Made by a program: the position numbers and the translations under genes. From a virus: a DNA stretch of 64,000 nucleotides. Position 1 is the first letter of the stretch. Each line of letters begins with the position of its first letter. Below the pieces are notes generated by a model. That model had not been told where the DNA came from. It searched no databases and saw only the letters and a list, made by a program, of their open reading frames with translations. Of this stretch, positions 1 through 9,421 are shown piece by piece. The stretch is from IMG/VR virus record IMGVR_UViG_3300008954_000020, positions 38,579 to 102,578 of that record, one strand, 5' to 3'.

Positions 1-593
1 GGAAAGTGTTTCATGATTAATTCTGCAAGAACCTTGTCGTTGTATTCGATATTTTCAGTTTCTAAAATTAACTTACATCTATCAAAAACCTGTTCTGCAA
101 GAACCTTTTTCTCTTTGCCGGGAATACGAAATTCTACAGTTGTACATCGTGAATGTAAAGGTTCGATGATTCTATTTTTAAAATTGCATGTTAGAATAAA
201 TCGACAGTTCGATGAGAACTCTTCAATAAATCCACGAAGTGCGGGTTGGGTTGACTGTGCATTTGAATAATCAAATTCATCAAGGATGACTACTTTTTGT
301 CCACCAGCAATTGAAACCGTACTTGCAAAGTTTCGAATCTTTGTTCGAAGGGTATCAATATTACCATCCTCGGAACAGTTAATTAGAATATAATCTAACT
401 CAAGTTCATGACACAGTGCTCGAGCCACTGTTGTCTTTCCACATCCTGCACCGCCCGACAAGAGAAGATTTTGCATCTCTCCTGAATTAATAATTTCTTG
501 AAATGTTTCTTTAATAGAATAAGATAGAATGCAATCTTTGACTCTTTGAGGACGATATTTTTCGACCCACAAAGTGTTTTCAATAGTTTTCAT
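1..593 (-). CDS. gp44: Clamp loader large subunit (AAA+), 3'-truncated by window edge; missing from ORF track
   Basis: Manual translation from ATG at 593: MKTIENTLWVEKYRPQ...LLLSGGAGCGKTT...VVILDEFD...QPALRGFIEEFSSNCRFILTCN...PLHSRC (WVEKYRP, Walker A/B, SRC motifs); directly follows gp45. Confidence 0.95.
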   Translation of the reverse strand, partial: MKTIENTLWVEKYRPQRVKDCILSYSIKETFQEIINSGEMQNLLLSGGAGCGKTTVARALCHELELDYILINCSEDGNIDTLRTKIRNFASTVSIAGGQKVVILDEFDYSNAQSTQPALRGFIEEFSSNCRFILTCNFKNRIIEPLHSRCTTVEFRIPGKEKKVLAEQVFDRCKLILETENIEYNDKVLAELIMKHF

Positions 594-594
594 A

Positions 595-1287
595 TTATTC
601 TCCGTAGTGAGAATCAGATTCCATAGCAATATAATACTTCAAATCGATTGATTTGTGATTAAATTGTGATACAATCTTTTCTGTGATACTTACATCATAA
701 TCGCCGGGAAGGATTTTAAGATTTTCTACCTTGAAGTAAAATTCGAAATCCTCACTTGTTCCAAGTTCGCCCAAATCAATAGAGTAACTATTACTGCCAC
801 GGTCAGCCTTATCCAGAGCAACAAGTTGTAAAACCTCGCCGTCATTTCGGACACAGATATCAGGAACCTGAAGAACTGCAGCCGCCTTTTGGATTTCATT
901 GAATTGTTTTTGAGTTAATTCAAAAGAAACAACAGGTTCCGGCATATTAAGTTCTTTTGTTGCTGACAACAAAAGCGATGGGTCAGAATAATGATATCGA
1001 ACAGATGCACCACCGCTTTCACTGATGGTCACATACTTTTCTTCAAACATCAATTCGGGATTATTAAATAATGAAATAGTTCCAAGGAACTTGTTCAAAT
1101 CCCAAACGCCAAACGGAATATCAAAATCTTCAGACACAGTTGCTTCTGCCATGATATTTTTCATGGGAGATAATGTCTTGATTGTATTTCCTGTTTCGAC
1201 CAGAAGGTTCGTATTAATTGTTGCAAAGTTTTTGAGAATGTCGAATGTATTTCGACTCAATTTCACTGTATTCATAGTTGTAGTCAT
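595..1287 (-). CDS. gp45: DNA polymerase sliding clamp
   Basis: KLSRNTFDILKNFATIN, FGVWDLNKFL, FKVENLKILPGDY, YYIAME; upstream of gp44. Confidence 0.95.
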   Translation of the reverse strand: MTTTMNTVKLSRNTFDILKNFATINTNLLVETGNTIKTLSPMKNIMAEATVSEDFDIPFGVWDLNKFLGTISLFNNPELMFEEKYVTISESGGASVRYHYSDPSLLLSATKELNMPEPVVSFELTQKQFNEIQKAAAVLQVPDICVRNDGEVLQLVALDKADRGSNSYSIDLGELGTSEDFEFYFKVENLKILPGDYDVSITEKIVSQFNHKSIDLKYYIAMESDSHYGE

Positions 1288-1506
1288 TCACCAATCCTTA
1301 TCTAAGGTGTCTCCATACCAATCGTTTATATCATCGAGGTCTTTGGAACTACGCAAGTTGTTTCCATAGTCCTTAAAATCTCGAAGTATATGTTTAGTGT
1401 CCTTCCGCTTTCTTCGGGACTTACTTTTCTTTTGACTACGAGCCGAACTAATATCATAATAATCTTCGTACTCGTTGTGTGTTTCTTTTTTGTTTTTCTT
1501 ACTCAT
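1288..1506 (-). CDS. Small basic hypothetical protein
   Basis: Lys/Arg-rich ORF; likely ATG at 1506 downstream of a sigma70-type promoter; abuts gp45. Confidence 0.6.
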   Translation of the reverse strand: MSKKNKKETHNEYEDYYDISSARSQKKSKSRRKRKDTKHILRDFKDYGNNLRSSKDLDDINDWYGDTLDKDW

Positions 1507-1524
1507 CTCAAATATCACGCATGT

Positions 1525-1552
1525 ATTTTACCACAAATACACAAGATGTCAA
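1525..1552 (-). promoter_or_regulatory. Sigma70-type promoter for the gp45/gp44 unit
   Basis: TTGACA-N16-TAAAAT with TGn extended -10. Confidence 0.75.
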
Positions 1553-1579
1553 GTGTATTATTTTGTATTTGTGTGGGCA

Positions 1580-2413
1580 TCAAACAAACTCCTGAATGTT
1601 TTCCATAAGGTTCCGCAATCGTTTTTCAATAAAGTAAGAAAGGATTTTACTTCCATCAGTTTCGGTAGTTTTATTGAACTGAGAGAGTACTTCTTCTTCT
1701 ATGTAGGAGGGAATCATATTAAGATTAATCATCCTATTATTTCTATCATAGTTTCTATTTTCTGTCCACTTATGTAATTCTTCTCGAATCATTTCTGCCT
1801 TTTTATTTCCACATCCCGTTTGTCGTTTTCCTTCTGTCACGAACACATCATCATCTGAAAGGATGTTGGGTATACCATCTGATGCATCACCCTTTATGAT
1901 ATGGTCTACAAGAAATCGTTCGGGGTCACTACAAACCAAAAACGATTTCTTCAACGGACTGTATTGTTTAACATTAGGATATCGCTGTAATTGTTGAAAA
2001 TCTTTGTCGTTTGAAACGATAACAATATTTTCTTGCAGATGATATTGTTTTGCAAGGATACCAATAATGTCATCTGCTTCTGCTCTGTCCACTGTGATGT
2101 TTTTGAATGGAAATATTTCTTCTACTTCTTCACGAATCGTATTCAAACATTTATAAATTACATTCCAGTCAAACTTAGATTCTTTTTGGTCTTTCCTGCG
2201 ACTAGCTTTATAGTGTGGGAATATATCTCTTCGCCAACAATGCGGAGAGTCGTTTGCAATTACAAGTTCGCCATACTTATTCTTGAATTTATTTCGATAC
2301 ATTCGATATGTGTTCAATACTAAATGCCTAAGAATATCTTCATCAACTTCTCCATTACGAATGGTTGTAAAAATAGCTGCTAAAATAATTTGGTTGTTAT
2401 CAATAATAATCAT
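1580..2413 (-). CDS. rnh: RNase H / 5'-3' flap exonuclease (T4 Rnh family)
   Basis: MIIIDNNQI, WRRDIFPHYKASR, EADDIIG, SNDKDFQQL, GDASDGIPNILS motifs. Confidence 0.95.
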   Translation of the reverse strand: MIIIDNNQIILAAIFTTIRNGEVDEDILRHLVLNTYRMYRNKFKNKYGELVIANDSPHCWRRDIFPHYKASRRKDQKESKFDWNVIYKCLNTIREEVEEIFPFKNITVDRAEADDIIGILAKQYHLQENIVIVSNDKDFQQLQRYPNVKQYSPLKKSFLVCSDPERFLVDHIIKGDASDGIPNILSDDDVFVTEGKRQTGCGNKKAEMIREELHKWTENRNYDRNNRMINLNMIPSYIEEEVLSQFNKTTETDGSKILSYFIEKRLRNLMENIQEFV

Positions 2414-2814
2414 TTCTTTTTCTTCTTTAGTTTTTTCTTGCCTCGTTGAACAGCATCATGAAAACATTTTAGTTTTTGGTCTGCGTGGCTTCGCATCCAA
2501 TTGCGGTCTTCTTTGTTGCCATTCGATTGCATCCAAAAAGCCAGTTCTATTAGAAATTCACTTCCTTCAACATATTTTCCATTAAAGAAAACTCGTACCC
2601 GAAGGTCTTTCCCCCGTTCAAAAAATGGATAGTCTTCTTTGGGTGCTAGTTTATATGTACGAATTGAAAATTTCGAAGAGATAATTTCCAGACCGGCTTT
2701 CATATACTTCTCGTAAGATAATGATGTCTTAGGAGAAACTCCACTCGTCCACTCTCGTTCAACCTTTTTTGATTGAACTTTCTTTTTGGTCTTTTTCTTG
2801 GTTTTGTTTTTCAT
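2410..2814 (-). CDS. Basic hypothetical protein
   Basis: 134-aa ORF with 4-nt overlaps to both gp46 and rnh; Lys-rich termini. Confidence 0.65.
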   Translation of the reverse strand: MKNKTKKKTKKKVQSKKVEREWTSGVSPKTSLSYEKYMKAGLEIISSKFSIRTYKLAPKEDYPFFERGKDLRVRVFFNGKYVEGSEFLIELAFWMQSNGNKEDRNWMRSHADQKLKCFHDAVQRGKKKLKKKKK

Positions 2815-4532
2815 AACATTTTGCTGAAATTATTTTGTTTTTCAAAGGTCATTTGGTTTGGAAATTTATCAGCCAATTGATCTGATTTGTGGCTGATTAC
2901 GAATATATTACATCTTTGACTTAAAGAATGTATCAATTTTAAAAATTCTTCTGTACCAAAAGCATCGAGCGACGAATCAAATACTTCATCAAGAATTAAA
3001 AGATTTGTATTTGCACTATTCTTTAATCTAGCAATTTCTCGCCATGACAAAAGAAGTGATAAATCAATTCTCATTTTTTCTCCTTCGCTAAATGACATGT
3101 AACTAAAATCGTCACGGTGTCTGCTCTTGATGGTTTCATTGAATTCTTCGTCTAATGTAAATTGAGCAAAGAAGTCCATTGAAGCCAAATATTTGTTGAT
3201 GAGTTTATTCATCATAGGAAGATAGTGTTTAATGATTTTTGATTTGATACCGCCATCCTTTAACAACGAAGTGGCAATATCATAATAATACAAATCTTCA
3301 ATTCGTTCTTTCTTTTCTTCCTGTTGTATATTCATATTTTGTTTGTAGGTTGTGAGTTTTTCAGTTTCACTTTTGATTTGGTCTTGGTCTTTTTTAATCA
3401 GTTCAGTTTGTTCTACTAATTTTTCCATATACCCAACGGCTGCACTAACCCACCCATTCTTAGAAGAAATGTCATCTTCCAATGCAGTAATTTCAGAAAG
3501 TTTGTTGTCTACTGTAATGGAATGTTCTTGTATTTCTTCGTAATGAACAGCAAGTTCTTCCATTGCATTTTCAATTTCAACCAACTTATCTTTCTTCCGT
3601 TCAACAGTTTTAATTACATTGGTATTTGATTCATCAATATCTTGTGTACAGGTGGGACAAACTTCATTCATTTCAAAGAATAAAATGCCCTCTTCGGCTT
3701 TTCTTTTATTTGATCCTAGTTGTTTCTTTAGAACTTCAACCCTTCGAATCTTTGATTGTAAATCACCATACGATTTTATTTCTTTTCGTTTGTGGTCTGA
3801 TGTTAATCTCAAGTCTTCGATTTTGGTTTGATGGTTTTTAATTTTCTTCTTGGTTTCTAATATTTCTTTTTCGTTTTCTGCGGAACTTTGTTCTGATTTC
3901 TTAGATACATTTTCGATATGAGATTCTAGTATTTCGATTTTTTCTTTTAGAACTTCGATGTTAAATATAATCTCTCTGTGTTCTTCTCGACAAGTTGATA
4001 TGTGGGTTTTAAGAATCGTATTCATATCAGAAAAGATATTGATATCCAGAATATCTTCAATAACTCCACGCCGGTCTGATGTACTTAATTGCATAAAAGG
4101 AACAAAGGACGAACTACCTAAAATCACAACTTGTGTAAAAGACTTATAATTCATTTTTAGAATTTGGTCTTCCAACATTCGCTGATAATCTTTTGTCTTG
4201 GCATTTTGGTCGAATAATTCCCCGTTTCGATAAATTTCAAATTTCTTGGGTTTTATACCTCTGATAATTTTATATGAATCATCACCAATTTCAAACTCTA
4301 CTTCCACCCACAAGTTTTTCTTGTTTATACTGTTAACCAATTGCGGAATATTAATTTTTCGAAATGGTTTTCCAAATAACCCAAAGGTGATAGAATCTAA
4401 TAATGCAAAAGATTTTCCATGACCGTTATTCCCTGATACAAGAGTCATAGAATGTCGGTCTAATTGTATTTCTGTAACAGCGTTTCCGAATGAACCAAAG
4501 TTTCGGAAACGAACTTTCTTAAAATTTATCAC
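2811..4532 (-). CDS. gp46: Recombination endonuclease ATPase subunit (Rad50/SbcC-like)
   Basis: Walker A GNNGHGKS, CPTC zinc hook in coiled coil, FSEGEKMRIDL signature, LILDEVFD Walker B. Confidence 0.97.
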   Translation of the reverse strand: MINFKKVRFRNFGSFGNAVTEIQLDRHSMTLVSGNNGHGKSFALLDSITFGLFGKPFRKINIPQLVNSINKKNLWVEVEFEIGDDSYKIIRGIKPKKFEIYRNGELFDQNAKTKDYQRMLEDQILKMNYKSFTQVVILGSSSFVPFMQLSTSDRRGVIEDILDINIFSDMNTILKTHISTCREEHREIIFNIEVLKEKIEILESHIENVSKKSEQSSAENEKEILETKKKIKNHQTKIEDLRLTSDHKRKEIKSYGDLQSKIRRVEVLKKQLGSNKRKAEEGILFFEMNEVCPTCTQDIDESNTNVIKTVERKKDKLVEIENAMEELAVHYEEIQEHSITVDNKLSEITALEDDISSKNGWVSAAVGYMEKLVEQTELIKKDQDQIKSETEKLTTYKQNMNIQQEEKKERIEDLYYYDIATSLLKDGGIKSKIIKHYLPMMNKLINKYLASMDFFAQFTLDEEFNETIKSRHRDDFSYMSFSEGEKMRIDLSLLLSWREIARLKNSANTNLLILDEVFDSSLDAFGTEEFLKLIHSLSQRCNIFVISHKSDQLADKFPNQMTFEKQNNFSKML

Positions 4533-5593
4533 TGTGAAAGACTCTCCGTGTACAGGTCTTTAATTATCTTCTTCAACTTTCCTGTGTTTTCAATTTCTTC
4601 CATTGTATCAATCTCATTCAGAATAAGTGTCAGTGTATCCTTGGACATGTCAATAACATCCTCATCATCAATTTCTTGTTGAATTATGTCTTCAATAATT
4701 GTGAGATTGCCTACTTGTGCATTATACAGTTTATCTAAGAACCTGTCAAACAAATAAGGACTTCTTTTATATCTTACAAAAACTTTAACTTGCCCATTTT
4801 TATATTTTTTGAAATCGCCGGACTTAATCCAATCTTCGATTTTTTCTGATTCACTATCATCATAATCGATAGCATGAAACATCCGTAATGGGTTTTCAAT
4901 AAATTCAAGAGTTCTAGTTTCTGTATCAAAAACATGAAATCCCTTTCGGACATTTAAATCCGTAAAAGTAATTTGATACTGGGCTCCCAAATAATAAATG
5001 TTATCTTTATTGCTCTTTTGATGAAAGTGTCCAGACCAAACTTGTTCAAATCGTTTTAACGGTTTATCATCCATCCCACCATCATGTCTAATGCCGGGCA
5101 CAATTTCATAACCATTTAATTCAAAATGACCCACAGCAATAGGACATGCCGTAGAGTCCAATAACTTTAAACACTTGTCTTTGTTTGATTTATTTATCCA
5201 CGGAACCATAACAAAACCTTCTTTATCTAACCACAGTTCTTGTGGTGTTTCGATGATATTAAAGTTTTTGTAACGGTTACCTAACAATTCACGAACAGAA
5301 TTTAGTTCGTTAGTATTTTTGTAATAGGTATCGTGATTACCAAGAATAATATGAGTTTCTATACCGATATCTTCTAACGGTTCTAGAAATCTTTTTCTGG
5401 TATTATTAAGTGTATTGAAATTTACAAATTTCCTTCTGTCCATCAAATCGCCCAAGTGAAAAATAGCGTCTATTTTATTCTCTTGGATGTAGGGAAAGAA
5501 GGTTTCTTCAAAAAACTGAAAGAAGTAATCTGCAAATATTTGGGAGTCCGCTCGAGCCCCAAAGTGCGTGTCATTAATCAGTGCTATCTTCAT
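4529..5593 (-). CDS. gp47: Recombination endonuclease nuclease subunit (Mre11/SbcD-like)
   Basis: DTHFG, GDLMDRR, GNHD, GHFE, SGHFH phosphoesterase motifs. Confidence 0.97.
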   Translation of the reverse strand: MKIALINDTHFGARADSQIFADYFFQFFEETFFPYIQENKIDAIFHLGDLMDRRKFVNFNTLNNTRKRFLEPLEDIGIETHIILGNHDTYYKNTNELNSVRELLGNRYKNFNIIETPQELWLDKEGFVMVPWINKSNKDKCLKLLDSTACPIAVGHFELNGYEIVPGIRHDGGMDDKPLKRFEQVWSGHFHQKSNKDNIYYLGAQYQITFTDLNVRKGFHVFDTETRTLEFIENPLRMFHAIDYDDSESEKIEDWIKSGDFKKYKNGQVKVFVRYKRSPYLFDRFLDKLYNAQVGNLTIIEDIIQQEIDDEDVIDMSKDTLTLILNEIDTMEEIENTGKLKKIIKDLYTESLSQ

Positions 5594-6128
5594 TATCTAA
5601 AAACTCGTCTAGGCTTCCTTGCTTTTTTTTAGTTTTCTTTTTCTTTGGTTCGAACTTTTCAATATCTGTTGGAGACAATCTCATCATGTCTGCAATTGGA
5701 TTATCGCTATTTGTTCTGACCTTTAAATTTTCTTTAATTGAACCGTCAATATCGGTTATTTCCATCATTTTGTATTTGATGTAATTTTGTTTCTTTTCTT
5801 TTTGAATTCTACGCAGGAATGCATAATAAATTATTTGAGTAAAATATGAAAATGGATTTTTAGATTTATCAGGGTCGAAATTACTGCAATACATTAAACA
5901 GTTTTCGATTCCATCCCCTATCATTTCTTCTCGATAGGGATAATTTATAAAGTTTGGTCGCCAAGCCAAATTTGTTGCAATGTCAACAAAACATTTTCCA
6001 ATATATTCGGTAACAGGAGGTTTATCTTCCCCTTGTGCCTCAGCATTTTTTACTTGTTCTTTCCATTGTTTCATTGCCGCATAAAATTCTTTATTATCAA
6101 TATAATGATTTACTTTCTTTTTAGCCAT
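5574..6128 (-). CDS. gp55: Late-transcription sigma factor
   Basis: HYIDNKEF, PNFINY, MIGDGIENC, KSKNPFSYFTQIIYYAFLRRIQKEKKQ. Confidence 0.97.
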   Translation of the reverse strand: MAKKKVNHYIDNKEFYAAMKQWKEQVKNAEAQGEDKPPVTEYIGKCFVDIATNLAWRPNFINYPYREEMIGDGIENCLMYCSNFDPDKSKNPFSYFTQIIYYAFLRRIQKEKKQNYIKYKMMEITDIDGSIKENLKVRTNSDNPIADMMRLSPTDIEKFEPKKKKTKKKQGSLDEFLDNEDSTD

Positions 6129-6160
6129 GATTCATTCTAGAACCTCCTTCCATATCACAT

Positions 6161-6188
6161 AGTATACACCAAAAATGTACTATGTCAA
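6161..6188 (-). promoter_or_regulatory. Sigma70-type promoter for gp55-47-46
   Basis: TTGACA-N16-TATACT, followed by a purine-rich GGAAGGAGG Shine-Dalgarno-like run. Confidence 0.75.
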
Positions 6189-6217
6189 GTTTTTTTATTT
6201 AATTTTGAATTTTGTTC

Positions 6218-6245
6218 TTGCTTTGTGGCTTGCCAATGGTATTAT
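6218..6245 (+). promoter_or_regulatory. Candidate divergent (antisense) sigma70-type promoter
   Basis: TTGCTT-N16-TATTAT with TGn extension; same spacing as the other promoters; no + strand gene downstream. Confidence 0.4.
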
Positions 6246-6291
6246 CTCATTGTAGCCGTTTGTAGATTTAAATAGGTTGCCAGCCTTAAGG

Positions 6292-6924
6292 CTAGAGATA
6301 ATCTTTGGGGTCGATTGGCCAATGTCCATAATGATTTCCGAATTCATCGGGGTCATCAAATTTTTCTGGGCAATCGTCATCAAAGTCCCAATCATCTTGA
6401 GTGATTGTTTGTGTTTCATCGGTGTGTGCATCAATCAATGTCATTAAATCATTTAAAAAATCTTCAGTAATTGGCAATTGTAATTTATTCAATTTTTCCA
6501 TGATTGAAGCTTCATCCATTATGTCTCCCTCTTGATTTTTTATATCTTCTAAAAGTTCTGATAAATCTGCTTCTGAGAAGTTATTCATGGCATCTTCAAC
6601 CATTTTTGAGATTTCATTTTCTTTGAAAAGGCCGGGAGCATCGTCATGATTCATTCTGCGTTCATACATTTCTGTAATTTTTGGATCGGCAGTACTGGTG
6701 TGTAAAACACGGTTCTTTTCTATAGTTGTAGATAAATCTATTGAAAATTTCAACCAATCTCGAAGGAATATAAATTCCTTTGAATTCATGGGGTTTTCAC
6801 CCATCATAAATGCATTAATTGAATATGGTCTATTTACAGTATATTCTTTATCGTTTTCGGAAACTAGATTTCCGATTACGCTTTCTCCTGATAATAGTCG
6901 AAATATTACTGGGCCCTTTTTCAT
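6292..6924 (-). CDS. Conserved hypothetical protein (Sm-like N-terminus, acidic C-terminus)
   Basis: IFRLLSGESVIG start resembles the Sm-like protein found between uvsW and gp55 in T4-like phages. Confidence 0.7.
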   Translation of the reverse strand: MKKGPVIFRLLSGESVIGNLVSENDKEYTVNRPYSINAFMMGENPMNSKEFIFLRDWLKFSIDLSTTIEKNRVLHTSTADPKITEMYERRMNHDDAPGLFKENEISKMVEDAMNNFSEADLSELLEDIKNQEGDIMDEASIMEKLNKLQLPITEDFLNDLMTLIDAHTDETQTITQDDWDFDDDCPEKFDDPDEFGNHYGHWPIDPKDYL

Positions 6925-6927
6925 GTC

Positions 6928-8427
6928 TTATCCTTCCGAATAAAGATTTATTGGTACTACACGGTATTCAAATTTTTCAGATTTGTATATCTTAAGTCGT
7001 TCATATGCGTGTCGCAATGTATGATTATTCCATTTTTTCCAATGAAGATCATCTGCGATATCATATAGTTTTGCTTTATCTTTGTGTTCTGACTTTCTTA
7101 GTTGCCTTCCTATACTTTGTAAGACTCTAATCCTACTTTTTGATGGTGAAGAAAACACGATATTGTGTAGTCTTTTTATCGAAATTCCTGTACTAAAAGT
7201 TCCGTATGAAGCAATTATAATTGCGTTAGATTCTTTCTCTGTAATTTGACGAATCTTTTCTCTAACTTCAATATCAGTCCCTCCGTACACGAAAAATATA
7301 TTTCGATTTTTACACTTGTGTTCCATTGTTTTACATAATGGTTTACCGTGTTTTGAAACAAACTGAAATAATACTAATGTATTCCCCTTTAACTTATTAC
7401 AGAGATTACAAATAAAATCATTTCTCTTAGTATTTGAAAGAAGATAATCTATCTCCCCTTGATATGTAGACCTTTTAATTTCGTTGCGTATGTATTCTGG
7501 ATATTTTAACAGGATACAATCTATAGAAAAGTCACTAAGAAGGTCTTTTTCAATTAATTTTTTAGTAGTTGTTACTTTAAATATCGGCCCGAATAGACCT
7601 TCGATTACGAGTTTGTGGGTTTGAGTTCCGTCCAGTGTTCCTGTTGTGCCGAATCGGTACGGGCACTCTTCTAGTTTGGACATAATGTTTGTCAAAGATT
7701 TGGCTTTGAACAGATGGCATTCGTCCCCGACAACCATTGAAAATTCGTTGAAATAAGTTTTTGGTAATTTGTAAATACTTTGCCATGTTGAGATAACCAC
7801 CCTTTTCTTTTTAATAAGTTTCTCTCTGCCAGCAAATACTTTGTGACAGTTTTTCTCTACATCCCAATCTGATTGGGAACTATAATCTGCAAAGTCATTA
7901 TACATTTGGGTTACAAGTGATGTTGTTGGTACGACTATCAATACCTTTTTGTTCGATTCAATATGTTCAAGGTAATATCTCATCAACATGTAAATTATTA
8001 AAGACTTTCCTGATCCAGTGGGTGAAAGTAATAAACATCTTTCGCTGTTTACTGCATACTCAAAAGCCATAGATTGGTGTTTATGTGGTGAAACTGGTTT
8101 ATCAGATATACGGATATCAAGTGAATCAATAAATTCACCGAAGTCGTTTTGTCTATCATTTAGTTGTAGGTCTGGGTCTACTTCGCAAGAGTAGTTTCTG
8201 TCTTTAGCAAACTTAACAACATAGTCCAGAAGTCCTGCGTATATTCTTTGACTGTGTACATTATAGAGTTTAATCTGGCCGTCCCACATCTTATTTCTAA
8301 ATGCGGGCATATATTCATGGCCAGGAACTTTAAATGTGAAGAAATCCGAAAGCTCTTTTGCAAGCCCTCGTTCACAGTTAACTCTTATGTTGACTGAATC
8401 AACGGGTTGTATTACCAAATCATTCAT
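6928..8427 (-). CDS. uvsW: UvsW SF2 RNA-DNA/DNA helicase
   Basis: WDGQIKL, SPTGSGKS, VPTTSLV, STWQS, GDECH, QSIGRQLR; probable start ATG 8427 (MNDLV) behind a CATAAATA late promoter. Confidence 0.96.
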   Translation of the reverse strand: MNDLVIQPVDSVNIRVNCERGLAKELSDFFTFKVPGHEYMPAFRNKMWDGQIKLYNVHSQRIYAGLLDYVVKFAKDRNYSCEVDPDLQLNDRQNDFGEFIDSLDIRISDKPVSPHKHQSMAFEYAVNSERCLLLSPTGSGKSLIIYMLMRYYLEHIESNKKVLIVVPTTSLVTQMYNDFADYSSQSDWDVEKNCHKVFAGREKLIKKKRVVISTWQSIYKLPKTYFNEFSMVVGDECHLFKAKSLTNIMSKLEECPYRFGTTGTLDGTQTHKLVIEGLFGPIFKVTTTKKLIEKDLLSDFSIDCILLKYPEYIRNEIKRSTYQGEIDYLLSNTKRNDFICNLCNKLKGNTLVLFQFVSKHGKPLCKTMEHKCKNRNIFFVYGGTDIEVREKIRQITEKESNAIIIASYGTFSTGISIKRLHNIVFSSPSKSRIRVLQSIGRQLRKSEHKDKAKLYDIADDLHWKKWNNHTLRHAYERLKIYKSEKFEYRVVPINLYSEG

Positions 8428-8435
8428 TCCATTAG

Positions 8436-8443
8436 TATTTATG
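8436..8443 (-). promoter_or_regulatory. Late (gp55) promoter for uvsW
   Basis: CATAAATA just upstream of the uvsW start. Confidence 0.6.
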
Positions 8444-8956
8444 CTATGGAATGATGGATTCTCCGTCAAAAAGAACTTTAATGTCTTTTCTCTCAATTCG
8501 ACCATCCCAATTTACTACATCAATTCCAGCAGCATTCATTAATTCTAGGCCTCTATCGATACTTTCTTTCCATCTATTTGTGGCAAGTTCGTACATTAAA
8601 TGATGGCCTACAAATTTAGAAATACCGCTTTGAACAATTCCCCTAGCACATTCAGCGCAACACCACCAAGGACAATACATGATTAACCCAGAAGTTGAAA
8701 ACCCCTTTAATGCACATCTATAAATAGCATTTCTTTCTGCATGTTCAAAGTACTCATACTTTTCGGGTCGTTCAAACATAGATTTTGTTGGATTAATACC
8801 ATGTGTAAAGGTATTTGTTGCATATGTAACCACACCCTCTGCGGGTGAAACTAATACACAACCAACTTGCGTTACGGGGTCTTGACTTTTATCTCTTGCA
8901 TATTTGTATGCTTCGGTGAGATATACCCTATCCATAGGATCGAAAGATTCACTCAT
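8444..8956 (-). CDS. cd: dCMP deaminase
   Basis: SQDPVTQVGC, EHAERNAI, YCPWWCCAECARGIVQSGI zinc motifs; probable start 8956 (ATGA overlap with uvsY stop). Confidence 0.9.
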   Translation of the reverse strand: MSESFDPMDRVYLTEAYKYARDKSQDPVTQVGCVLVSPAEGVVTYATNTFTHGINPTKSMFERPEKYEYFEHAERNAIYRCALKGFSTSGLIMYCPWWCCAECARGIVQSGISKFVGHHLMYELATNRWKESIDRGLELMNAAGIDVVNWDGRIERKDIKVLFDGESIIP

Positions 8957-9387
8957 TGGCCACTCACAAACTTTTTCCATTCAATTGCATTTTTGATATT
9001 CCATTGGAGATTGTTAATATTTTTAAGAATTTCTTCGAGATGTTTAATCTTCTCTTCACAATAGTCCATTTTAGAACTAGAAGTAATTAAATCATCATCC
9101 GAATCTAAATATTTGTCTATATCTTGTTTGAGGATGTGTAATTGAAACGGTTCCCAGCCCAATTCTTTCAGGGTTTCTTCGTCTAACTTGCCGGTGTAGT
9201 ACTCCCATTTGACCCTGTATAAGCGCTTGTAGTCCGCCCTAAGGCGTTTGTATACCATAGTTTCATTGCGTAGGTAATTGAGGTACTTATTATGTAATTG
9301 TGGGATATTTAACGATGCAATATCCAGTTCGGTTGGGTCTACTTGCAAGTCCCGTTCAGCCTGATTCATTATTTCTTTTAAATCCAT
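8953..9387 (-). CDS. uvsY: Recombination mediator UvsY
   Basis: SLNIPQLHNKY, KWEYYTGK, YLDSD, IKNAIEWKKF; probable start ATG 9387. Confidence 0.93.
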   Translation of the reverse strand: MDLKEIMNQAERDLQVDPTELDIASLNIPQLHNKYLNYLRNETMVYKRLRADYKRLYRVKWEYYTGKLDEETLKELGWEPFQLHILKQDIDKYLDSDDDLITSSSKMDYCEEKIKHLEEILKNINNLQWNIKNAIEWKKFVSGQ

Positions 9388-9393
9388 AAACAA

Positions 9394-9421
9394 ATTATAC
9401 CACAAAAAAGTGGAATGTCAA
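9394..9421 (-). promoter_or_regulatory. Sigma70-type promoter for uvsY (probably leaderless mRNA)
   Basis: TTGACA-N16-TATAAT; ATG lies 6 nt after the -10 box. Confidence 0.8.

Noticed and set aside
395-583. ORF-track 62-aa minus ORF and 13..270 plus ORF
   Set aside because: Alternative-frame or antisense shadows of gp44, whose true frame starts at 593
6195-6434. 79-aa minus ORF
   Set aside because: Out-of-frame overlap with the 210-aa gene and runs through the promoter region
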